Source of the DNA: Candidatus Pacearchaeota archaeon
GTDB lineage: Archaea > Nanobdellota > Nanobdellia > Pacearchaeales > GW2011-AR1
Assembly (NCBI GenBank): GCA_014728565.1
Contig: WJLK01000035.1
Location: 1-32,896 of the forward strand
Direction: 5' to 3'
Length of the DNA stretch: 32,896 nt
The position numbers and the translations under genes were made by a program. Positions 16,150 to 25,700 of the stretch are shown here, one piece after another. The notes beneath the pieces are model-generated. The model searched no databases. It saw nothing but the letters and a program-made list of their open reading frames with translations, and had not been told where the DNA came from. How positions within the stretch are numbered: position 1 is the first letter of the stretch; every line of letters starts with the position of its first letter.

Positions 16150-16253
16150 TTACACAAAAATTCAGACTAACCGAAACATTTAAAAACTTTCTTACATTAA
16201 GTTTATAAACCTTGCTATAAATTAAATATAATTTTAATTAATCTTATTTTAAA

Positions 16254-17192
16254 ATGGCTAATATTAAAAGATGTCCTGAATGCGGAAGTGTTAATCTCAC
16301 CTGGGATGAACAACGAGGAGAGGTTTTCTGCAATGACTGTGGAACAGTTGTTGAAGAAAAAATGGTAGATACCAGCCAGGAACTCCAAGGAAGTTTTGAA
16401 TCAGGTGATAAAAAAGGAAGGGGAGGAGCACCTTTATCAATGCAAAAATTTGACAAAGGACTTACTACAAATGTAGGAGAAATCTCAGACATATACAAAT
16501 TAGATGCAGGTTCTACTAGGAAATTTCTAAGATTAAAAAAATGGCAGGAGAGAGTTTCAACCTCTATCGAGAGAAACCTAAGACTAGCCATGACTGAATT
16601 AAGACGTGTAGCTAGTTTCTTAAATCTCCCAGAAGTTGTAAAAGACGAAGCTTCAAGAATCTACCAGTTTGTTTTACAAAGAGGTCTTGTTAGAGGAAGA
16701 TCAATGGAATCAGTTATTGCAGCCTGTATTTATGCAGCATGCAGGTCCTATGACATACCTCGAACACTAGATGAAATATCTGCAGCTTCTGATGTAGAGA
16801 GAAAAGAGATAGGAAGAACCTATAGATTTATAATCAGAAAATTAGGAATTAAAGTAACTCCCTCCTCTCCTAAGGATTACATTCATAGATTTGCCTCTGT
16901 TCTTAAGCTGTCTCCAAAAACTCAGAATGAATCACTAAAAATACTGAAAAAAGCAGAAGGTTCTGAATTAACCTCTGGAAGAGGACCTGCAGGAATTGCA
17001 GCTGCTGGACTTTATGTAGCAGCCTTACTAAATAACGAGAAAAAAACCCAGAGAGAGGTTGCAGATGTTGCAGGAATAACAGAAGTAACAATAAGAAATC
17101 GTTACAAGGAACTTCTCGACAAGCTTGATTTAGAGGAAAAACTAAGAATCAAGGAAGCAGAAGCAAAAGCAAAGAAAAAGAAAGAGAAATAA
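16254..17192 (+). CDS. tfb: Transcription initiation factor TFB (TFIIB homologue)
   Basis: N-terminal zinc ribbon CPECGS...CNDCGTVV, B-reader/linker, two cyclin-fold repeats (RGRSMESVIAACIYAACR; GRGPAGIAAAGLYVAA), and a Lys/Glu-rich tail. Confidence 0.95.
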   Translation: MANIKRCPECGSVNLTWDEQRGEVFCNDCGTVVEEKMVDTSQELQGSFESGDKKGRGGAPLSMQKFDKGLTTNVGEISDIYKLDAGSTRKFLRLKKWQERVSTSIERNLRLAMTELRRVASFLNLPEVVKDEASRIYQFVLQRGLVRGRSMESVIAACIYAACRSYDIPRTLDEISAASDVERKEIGRTYRFIIRKLGIKVTPSSPKDYIHRFASVLKLSPKTQNESLKILKKAEGSELTSGRGPAGIAAAGLYVAALLNNEKKTQREVADVAGITEVTIRNRYKELLDKLDLEEKLRIKEAEAKAKKKKEK

Positions 17193-17489
17193 TCACAAAA
17201 TTCTATAGATTTTTATTCCAAAAATTATCAGAGAGTAGACTATTCCTGTATAAATTAAACTCAGAACAACATTAAGCCCTATAGCAAGTGATTTAGGTGG
17301 CAGCCGAGTATCATCTCTTACTCTTAAAACAGAATCATAAAAATTAGTTACTTCATGAACAACCCTCCACTCTGTTTTAAAATCACTGGTATGTTCAATA
17401 ACAGAAAATCTAATAAAAACAGGAAGAAACCCCATTATAATGAAAATTAGAATAAAACCTGATATCTTTCCTAGTAGTTCACCTCTCAT
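17193..17489 (-). CDS. Small membrane protein (98 aa, N- and C-terminal TM helices)
   Basis: Hydrophobic termini. TTTAAATAC (revcomp of 17510-17518) lies exactly 20 nt upstream of the ATG. The stop codon abuts the TFB stop (convergent, 0-nt gap). Confidence 0.55.
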   Translation of the reverse strand: MRGELLGKISGFILIFIIMGFLPVFIRFSVIEHTSDFKTEWRVVHEVTNFYDSVLRVRDDTRLPPKSLAIGLNVVLSLIYTGIVYSLIIFGIKIYRIL

Positions 17490-17515
17490 CTAATAAAATA
17501 GTTTTAAGTGTATTT

Positions 17516-17529
17516 AAATTTATCATAGT
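17516..17529. repeat. 14-mer AAATTTATCATAGT, copy 1 (copy 2 at 17755-17768); overlaps the promoter of the 98-aa gene
   Basis: Exact duplicate located by eye. Each copy is paired with the 10-nt palindrome GACATATGTC (17542-17551 and 17730-17739). Confidence 0.8.
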
Positions 17530-17754
17530 GTGCTCCCTACAGACATATGTCCTACCCTTTTTACACATTTCATTAACTCAAATTTTTCATTAATTATTAA
17601 TCTGCAGATATTTTTAGCTCTACAGAAGGATATCTTATGAGATCTTTATCATTAATAGAGAATAAATAAATTTAGGTTAGACTTGTCTTCCTAAATTGTG
17701 ATACAGGAACTTATTTTCTCTCCCCTAGTGACATATGTCCCTTGCTTATATAAT

Positions 17755-17768
17755 AAATTTATCATAGT
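17755..17768. repeat. 14-mer AAATTTATCATAGT, copy 2
   Basis: Exact duplicate of 17516-17529. It is preceded by CTCCCCTAGTGACATATGTCC, which resembles CTCCCTACAGACATATGTCC next to copy 1. Confidence 0.8.
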
Positions 17769-17866
17769 TAGGTTTTTATATTGAAAAAACCCTAAGTTGA
17801 TAAGGAATACTCTTAACTCTTGAAAAAGCCTTGAGAGTTGATAAGAGAGACTTTCCTTCTATCTAT

Positions 17867-17950
17867 GCGGGGGTGCCGGAGTGGTCAAACGGGCTGCGTT
17901 TAGGCCGCAGTGGCTAAGTGCCTACAGGGGTTCGAATCCTCTCTCCCGCA
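17867..17950 (+). tRNA. tRNA-Leu (anticodon TAG), class II with long variable arm
   Basis: 84-nt fold: acceptor GCGGGGG/CTCCCGC, anticodon stem CTGCG/CGCAG with loop TTTAGGC, variable arm GGC-TAAGT-GCC, T-loop TTCGAAT, discriminator A. Confidence 0.9.
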
Positions 17951-17964
17951 TAAAATCCTAAAAA

Positions 17965-19740
17965 CTATTTTCTCTTCATCCGAGTCTTAAAATCAGAAAA
18001 ACTCTTTGTAAAAGTTTCCTTCAAATCCTTGTAGAATTCAACAAAAACAACATGCCACTTGCTTCTTAATTTTTTATCTTTTCTAACATCTTTTACAATA
18101 AAAGCAATAAACAAAACAACTACCAATAATACTATTACTCCTACTGACCATAAAATTGTTTTGAGACTCAAATTCAGCCTGAATCTTCCAGATTCCTCTT
18201 TTACAGAAGTTTCATTAGAAGGTATCTCTGTCTTATTAGAAACTTCAGATTCATTACTTGTTGTCTCAGGAATTTTATCATGAACAAAAGTAATTGTAAG
18301 ATTTGCCCTGCTACTCTCTGTATCAATATTATTTAATTTAACATTAATATCATAATAACCATCTCCAAGAACATCAAAACTCTTATTCTCTCCATCTAAT
18401 AAAACAGCCTGCTGAGGATCAGAAGAGACATTGATTGTAACAGCATTGCTTATTAAAGAAACAACTCCTACATAATGATTAGTATTATTAATTGTAACTC
18501 TCACTCTTTTTCTTAATCCAAGTAACCTATTATAACCTGCTCTGAACTGAGTCTCAGGAACATAATAAGTAAGAGTCCAGTAACCAGTAAAATTAAAAGT
18601 AGGATTGTCTCCTCCAGAACTACTGTCATCATCATTGGTGTCATTATTGTCATTATCATCAGAAACATTAGTATCATTACCAAAAACAGAGAACAGGCTA
18701 AAATGAGTTATATTTGCCCAGACATAATTACTTCCTGTAACAACATCCTGATTTTCCTCTAACTGCCATGAAGAAGAACTATCATTATAATAATATATCT
18801 TTAATCTTGACTCATTGCTTATACCTGCAGAACTAAGCTCTGAACCTGAATAGGAAATATTAATAAAACACCATTCCAGATTTCCAGAGGTATTAGAATC
18901 TGTGGTTATGTTAATTGTTTTCAATTCCTCTAAATCACTATGAGAAGAGGGAATTGAACCTTCTTCTAATAAAGTCAGAGTAGAAGAAACATTATTAACT
19001 AGAAATAAAGTTAAACTAGTATCAACAACATCAAAACTAACCAGAGTAGAAATATTAGCAGTAATATTAGTTGTATTGACTATATTAACATTAATTTTAA
19101 TAGAACTAGAATTGGTATTTCCAGAACTGTCATTAACACTTATATTCAAAAAATAACGTCTAGGAGATAATACTGTATTATTTTTTATAAATCCAGAGCT
19201 GTTTATTGTAAAATTACCATTATCATCAATAAAGTAAGAACTTATATTAACATTATCACTAGCATCTATATCATAATTAAACTCCTGAGAACAATTGATA
19301 TTTTGATTTTCAATAGAAAAATCAAAATAAGGAGATGTTGTATCCTGCACAGTTACATTTATCAGAGAAAAATTAATATCTCCATCAGTATCATTAACAC
19401 TTATATTCAAAGAATAAATCCCCAAATCAAGAATAGTGTTATTTTTTATAAATCCAGAGTTATTTATCGTAAAATTGCCATTATCATCAATAAAATAAGA
19501 ATCAATAGGTGAGCCACTTGGAGTAGCATTAACATCATAACCCAAAGCCTCTCCATACTCAACAACCTGATTAACAGGCACTGGATCAAAATAAGGAGGA
19601 GGAGTCATAGCAAAGGCACTAATAGCTCCTGTAATATCTCTGAAATCACCATGAACATTAGATATTACAAATCCAAAAGCTAAAAAACCTACAACTAATA
19701 AAAAAGCTACTAAAATACCAGGACCTCTTTTCTCTATCAT
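17965..19740 (-). CDS. Sequon-dense surface protein (591 aa) with two cadherin-like/Ig-like repeats, an Asp/Asn/Ser linker, a C-terminal TM anchor and a basic cytoplasmic tail
   Basis: N-terminal signal/anchor, an 87-aa tandem repeat (YFIDDNGNFTIN.SGFIKNNT...LNISVND), about 38 N-x-S/T sequons by hand count, and the TM helix ILWSVGVIVLLVVVLFIAFIV. It has its own TATA-like box (revcomp of 19761-19769) 20 nt upstream of the ATG. Confidence 0.75.
   Translation of the reverse strand: MIEKRGPGILVAFLLVVGFLAFGFVISNVHGDFRDITGAISAFAMTPPPYFDPVPVNQVVEYGEALGYDVNATPSGSPIDSYFIDDNGNFTINNSGFIKNNTILDLGIYSLNISVNDTDGDINFSLINVTVQDTTSPYFDFSIENQNINCSQEFNYDIDASDNVNISSYFIDDNGNFTINSSGFIKNNTVLSPRRYFLNISVNDSSGNTNSSSIKINVNIVNTTNITANISTLVSFDVVDTSLTLFLVNNVSSTLTLLEEGSIPSSHSDLEELKTINITTDSNTSGNLEWCFINISYSGSELSSAGISNESRLKIYYYNDSSSSWQLEENQDVVTGSNYVWANITHFSLFSVFGNDTNVSDDNDNNDTNDDDSSSGGDNPTFNFTGYWTLTYYVPETQFRAGYNRLLGLRKRVRVTINNTNHYVGVVSLISNAVTINVSSDPQQAVLLDGENKSFDVLGDGYYDINVKLNNIDTESSRANLTITFVHDKIPETTSNESEVSNKTEIPSNETSVKEESGRFRLNLSLKTILWSVGVIVLLVVVLFIAFIVKDVRKDKKLRSKWHVVFVEFYKDLKETFTKSFSDFKTRMKRK
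19131..19240. repeat. Intragenic repeat, copy 2 of a 261-nt (87-aa) period; partner at 19392-19501
   Basis: Blocks such as cattaacacttatattcaaa and ttttttataaatccagag...ccattatcatcaataaa recur at an exact offset of 261 nt, with scattered substitutions. Confidence 0.8.
19392..19501. repeat. Intragenic repeat, copy 1 (partner of 19131-19240)
   Basis: See the paired feature at 19131-19240. Confidence 0.8.
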
Positions 19741-19778
19741 CTCTAAAAAATTTAATAATTATTTATTTAAATACTTTG

Positions 19779-22700
19779 CTAAACCTTAAGCTCCTTAAGT
19801 TTATTTAATACCTCCTCACTTAATTTTTTTGAATCTCTATTTTTTTTATCCCATCTCCAGTACTGATTTCCATAATGAATATAAATCCAGTCAGAATATT
19901 CCATCAACCCTACTAGCTCTCTCACACCATTTGCATAATCAAGTTTTTTATTAACAAAACTAGAATCCTTAGAAATCCAGTTACCATTTGAATACCTATA
20001 CATTATTGATATATGACCTCCATATTCATATCTCTTTATCTCAATATTAATATCCTGCTTTAACATACTGTCACTAAAAACAGCTGTCTCAGATTCAGAA
20101 TTCTGACTGATAAATTTCCCAGATTCAGAATCAAAAAACTTCCCATCTAACTCAGGAAGAAAATTCCTAAAATCACTAAAAACATAAACATGGCTGTTTC
20201 TTATCTCACCAACATCACTATCAAGCAACCAATCCTCTCTCTTAATCAAATAATCTATCTCTTCAGAATCAGCTTCTCTGGTTATATAATAATCAGTAGC
20301 TGTGTTTCCTCTGTAAATAACAAATTTTGTTCCTAAAAACCCTCTCTTCTTAACAACATAATAACCAACTTTTGTCCCTTCTTCAATATCCTCGTAAGTT
20401 ATTTCATCAACAATAACATCCTCTTCAGAACTTTCAGAGGAATCTTCAATATCATCATACAAAACCTCATCAACTATGACTTTTTCATTAGAACTAACAT
20501 AAGATTTAGTATTCAAACTAAGTGTATTATTAGGGTTCCTTCCATAAAGACCTAGAGAAATTTTAGCATACAAATTAGCAAGAATATACTGTCCTCTTGC
20601 TTTATCAACATTAGTAGTTCCATATTTTATTAAATCCTTCAGCCTAGTTACAATAGGCGTTATCTTAGACTCAATTGTTGCTCTGTTATCTTCAGAGTCT
20701 ATTAGAAGTTCCTGAATCATTCTCTCTGCTTCATCTGCAACTGCCCTGCTCTGTGCCTGGGGCCAAATTTCAACAACACTTCCTCCTCCCTGAACAATCT
20801 TTTGCTCAACTTGCTTGTTTACAACAACATCCTTAACACTATTTAGATCCAGCCAGCATTTTATAGTAGGGTCATCACAATAACCAACTTCTTTCCATCT
20901 TTCAAAACTAGACCCTGTCCCATCATAATCTCCACTGCTGTTAATCTGTTTTCCAGGATTCTCAGTTGAACAAACCCTGACAATTCCCTTATTATACAGT
21001 GCTGGTTGCATTGTTTCTTCAATTCCTGCCTGAAGATTAGGATTTATTAAACTATGATAAGAGGGTGTTCCAGCAACACAATCTTCAGAAGTTGTTATCT
21101 GAGTGTTTGTCTGTTCCTCAACATATCTATCACTCATACTATTCAAAAAATAACTAGTACTTACTCTTCCAAATCCACACTCCTCTCTCCCATTAACACT
21201 TATGCATAATTGTTTGAAACCAGAAGGTCCGGTAAAATCAACTGCTTCATCTGCCTGACTGCCTCTTGGAACATAACCTCTAGCCACTACTCTTGAGCCT
21301 GTTGAGTGAATATAACCCATGTCAGGAAGATTTTTCAGATAAACTACATAAGAAGCTCCCATGTCTTTCCCAGAATAGATGTGATAATAAACTTTATAAT
21401 GAGATGTTGGAGGAACACTTGCTGTTGTTAACTGATTTTCATAAAACCATGCATGAAACTGAACAGGACTATCTGGTTCAATCCACGCATCAAAAGCAAA
21501 CAAAGAAGAAGGAAAACTAGATGAAACAAAGCTCTTACATACATCAACTCCTATCTGGTCTGTAGAACGAGACTGAAAAGCTCTCATAGAGTTAACAGCA
21601 TATTCATTCTGAAAATAATTTATAGCACCTTGAGTATTATCCCAAGCTGTCTGAACAGTAGCATACTCACCACCACCCCTTGTTCCCTGCCCATACATTC
21701 CTGAAAAAGTCTGAGGAATAACTGTCTTTAAGAGAGGGCCTGCCTGTTTCCAGAAAAACTCACAAAGATAAATACTTCTTATTTCATCACAGATACCAAC
21801 ACTCCTCCCAGTCTCTATGCTCTCTCTAAGACAATCAACTGTTGAATTCATTATACTTATATAACCATCTATTCCTGCATGAACTCCTGTAAGGCAGATT
21901 GGAACAGCAATACCCTCTTTATAATTAGGAAGACACAAAACAAGGCTTCCAATAATTCCTGACTGTATAACATTATCAACTCTGTAATCTCCCCCTAAAT
22001 CACACCTGGATGGAGGACAGATAACAGGATCACAAACATTAAACATAAGCATACAATCTTCAGGAGCCATGAAATCAGTGCATCTTCCTTCCTCCCCTCC
22101 TGTTGTAATACCTGTTTCAAAACTCTTGCCTCCAACTGTGACTCTCTCCTTACCATACTGCTTTGCAGCATCAGCAATTGCTCTCTGTGCCTTCATAACT
22201 ATCTCTCTTGATTCTGACTCACTTAATCCTGGAAAATCAACCACAGAATTAACAGCATTATAATACCTGCATATATCATCAGCACTTTTCTGGAATTCAA
22301 TCAAACCATTAGGACCTGAATTGCATATATAAAAATTAACAACTCTTCCAGATTCATCATAAGGTTTTCCAAAACCACTCAAAACATAATTCATTCTAAC
22401 ATACCAACCCTTTCTTGTATCAAAAGGTATCTCTGCAGGAAGTCCTTTGTAAGGGGCTCTTTCAAAATACTTGACCTTTAGTTTATCAGGATTACGCATA
22501 GGATTATCATAAGTATCCTCGCTGGCTTCTCTTATTTTTTTCATTCCAGCCATGCTCATGTAATCCCTGACTTCCTCAATAGCTTTTTTATCTTTAACTT
22601 CAGTTCCATCAACAAAAAAGATCTTACCACTAGGATCAGGTGTGTACTCATCTTGACCATCAGAAACAGGCTTAACCTGAACAAGAACCTCTTTTCCTGC

Positions 22701-25700
22701 AACAGATGTTTTTGACTCAAAATTAACACCTCCCACACTGTCTCTAGAAGGTATAAAAATTCTGATCAGAGTATCACCCTCTTTAAAATTCTTATAAACA
22801 GAGTGATCTAAATCCACATTTGTTATCTTCTTTATATGTCCTACTGTCACCTTATCACCAACAGGTGTTGTTGTCTGAATACCTAAATTGTTTTTCTTAG
22901 CCTCTTCATCAGCCTTGATTTTAGAGGTTATATACTCCTCATAATTCTTAGCTTCAAGAACAACATTTCCAAGTTTTTGATCAGCCATCTCTGTCATTAC
23001 TCCACTTCCTCCTGCTCTCCTCACATTATAAAGAGTCATGATATCTCTTCTCTGCTCATGAGTCATATTCTCCCACTCACAAATTCCTTTCTCTCCTGAA
23101 AAAGAGACCTCTGTTTCTGCTTTATCAGGAAGAACAATTTTATCATCAACACTGTTGCAAAATTTATCAAACTCTTTTTTAAATTCTTTTCTAACTTTCT
23201 CACTGTCAACATAACCGTCAAAATCAAGAGGACCTGACCTCTCAACACCTACCCTATCCTTAATATCCTTTAGAATATTGTTAGTCTTTTCAATTTCACT
23301 AGCATAAATATCAACATCCTCATTTATCAGATTATTCTTATCCAACAAGCACTGCTCAACACTGTTATACTTCCCCTCATTAACCAGTTCCTCGCATTTC
23401 TGATTCCATCCACCAGTACCTGTCATAATTGTATTTCTAGCCATGGATTTTCCACTTAATCCATCAACATAGCTTTTAACAGTTAAAATAGATGATGTTG
23501 AGAAACAGGCTGCCTTCATAACTCTTATCACATTTCCTAATTTACTATTAATCTTATTCCAGGCATTAATAGCCTCGATTAAACCATCCATTAATGCTTT
23601 AGCCATCTCCGGACTTAGAGGAATAGCTCTTTTTTCAATTCCAATTCTAAAATGGAAACTTGATTCTGACCTAGGACCATAAGAATTTGGAAGAATGCTT
23701 ATTTTAGCCTGTTCCACCATATTTATCTCGAGAACCTTTACTTCAGAATCTCCAACAACACTCCTCTCTCCTAATTTTATTCTCTTAGTTCTCTCTCCTG
23801 AACCCTTTTCATAATACTTAAGAGTTATATAATCACTTCTTAACTCAGTAAGGGTAAGAGAATAATTTCCAGTCCTGAAAACTTTATTTAATTCTAGTGT
23901 TTCCTGCTTGCCGTCTATTAAAACAACTGCATTTGCTTCACTTGCTTTAGGTTTCTTGAAATCAAGAACATCAACAAAATGAACTTCATTGGAAAGATGT
24001 ATGACTTTTTTTGAATTTGTTGTATCATATTTCATAAGCAAGTCATTTTCACGAGCAGCTTCTTTTGCACTAGTAGAACCAGGATATTCATGTCTTAATC
24101 TTTTAAGAAAATTTTGAGACCTTGCATTCATATCAAACTGTTTTGATAACTTAGCTGCTTCAAGTAAACCTTTTGCAGCATAAGGATCCTCTCCTTCAAA
24201 CATCTTCTCATTAGGAAAAAAATCAACAAGATCCTGGTAATGCTTTATAGCTTTTTCGTAATATCCAAGTGCAAGTGCAGTATTCTCATCATAATCTTCA
24301 GAACTCCAGTCTTTATCCTTTGCAACCAAAACTTTTTCAAGACCAAAACCTTTTTTTAATTCTGAAAGGTCTCCTTTTTTTAATATCTCCACTTTCAATT
24401 TTTTATCCAAATCTTCTTGCTTTATCTTTTTATATTTGGTTCTGTAAGATTTCTTAATCTCTCCAGGAATATTATTCCTCAAATCCTTAAAAGAAGCTCC
24501 TGTTGAAACTAAATTTTCAACAGTCTCAAAAACTCCTTTATCCTGAAACTCGTATTTTGTATCAGAAAAATCATCCTTCACTAAAACAACAAAATCAGCA
24601 CCGTCTGAAGACATTCCTATATATCCTATATAATGATTATCATCTCCTCTTATCTTCTCATTAGCAACATAATCTCCTGACTCACTGTCTAAGAAAAAAC
24701 TTGCTTTTCCAGGATTAAGGCTCAATTCAACTCTTTTTTGCTCTCCGTAACACTCAAGAGTTATCTTTCCTCCACCTCCATAAGTTTGCAAATCAACTAC
24801 TCTGCACCTGTTATTAAGAATCCTATCCCCTCTAGAAACCCATAACTTCTGGTCATTAATCTGTAACAGAGCAGATTCAACAGGAGGTCCAATACTATCT
24901 AATCTTAATCTAAGTCCAGCAGCACAATAAAAACCTCCTAAATAAATCTCCTTGGAGGTCTCTCCCTTTCTAAGAGTTATTGTATTTTCTTTAGAATCAG
25001 CATTTCTATAAATTGAAATTACTGCTCTGTCAGATTCAATTGATTCAGCCCTTATATAACCTTTTCCATTCCAAAAACCATAATCCCTATAATCTCTATA
25101 CCACTCATTATCACTCATCTCACTTAAATAAAAATAAGTATTTCCAACTCCAAAAGCATTCTCTGTACTATAATCTATAACTGCAGTTATATTAGCATCA
25201 ATAAAATCAGGCATATCACCCTCCTTAGAATATCTGCTTAAAACAACAACAAGATAACCTATGTTTTCATCAACAATAGAATTACTATTAAACCCACTTC
25301 CATAACCTCCGTAATTATAACCTCTAAGAGCAGCTCTTGCAGGAAAATAACTAACACCTGAAATTCCCTCTGGATACTCTCCCCTGAATCTTATGCTCCT
25401 CACTGTTGACATATCAATCAGAGGGTTTGTCTGAACCCCAACTACTTTACAAAAAACAGGAACATTCTGCTCTTCTAATAAATCACTTCTAACAACTGCA
25501 GGAGAACAACCTCCTGGAGCTATCTGCATAATAAAATCCTGTCTGTGCATGCAATCCTGCTGATTAAATCCGTAATTACTGTAATAACTTTGAGAATTAT
25601 AACCATAACCAGAATAACTTGGATTAGAATACTGTGTATTTTTTGAATAACCATAACTAGGATAACCTCCATAATCTGAGTAATAACCCTGATTATAGTT

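Noticed and set aside
16050-16154. Assigning the structured element to the box C/D or H/ACA sRNA class
   Set aside because: The candidate box C reads AGAUGA rather than RUGAUGA, and no CUGA box D precedes the 3' stem. An ACA triplet follows the stem, but the 3' side has no pseudouridylation-pocket strand because the 7-bp hairpin abuts the closing stem. The class is left unassigned.
16244-16591. 115-aa minus-strand ORF in the track
   Set aside because: It is entirely antisense to the well-supported TFB gene. It has low-complexity Ser/Pro/Leu composition and no promoter at canonical spacing. I treat it as a chance ORF.
2299-19512. Other antisense or overlapping track ORFs: 2299-2544(-), 3682-3885(+), 11166-11372(+), 13827-14111(-), 14988-15230(+), 15640-15834(+), 16903-17091(-), 18059-18283(+), 19303-19512(+); also 28750-28953(-)
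   Set aside because: Each lies opposite or overlapping a much longer ORF with clear family motifs or export signals. Their compositions are typical of antisense reading of AT-rich genes.
21293-24457. Several 60-75-aa ORFs (both strands) inside the giant gene: 21293-21520, 21995-22177, 22069-22263, 22556-22738, 23063-23248, 24269-24457
   Set aside because: All are embedded in the long coding frame and are short, with no promoter motifs or recognisable sequence features. They are chance ORFs.
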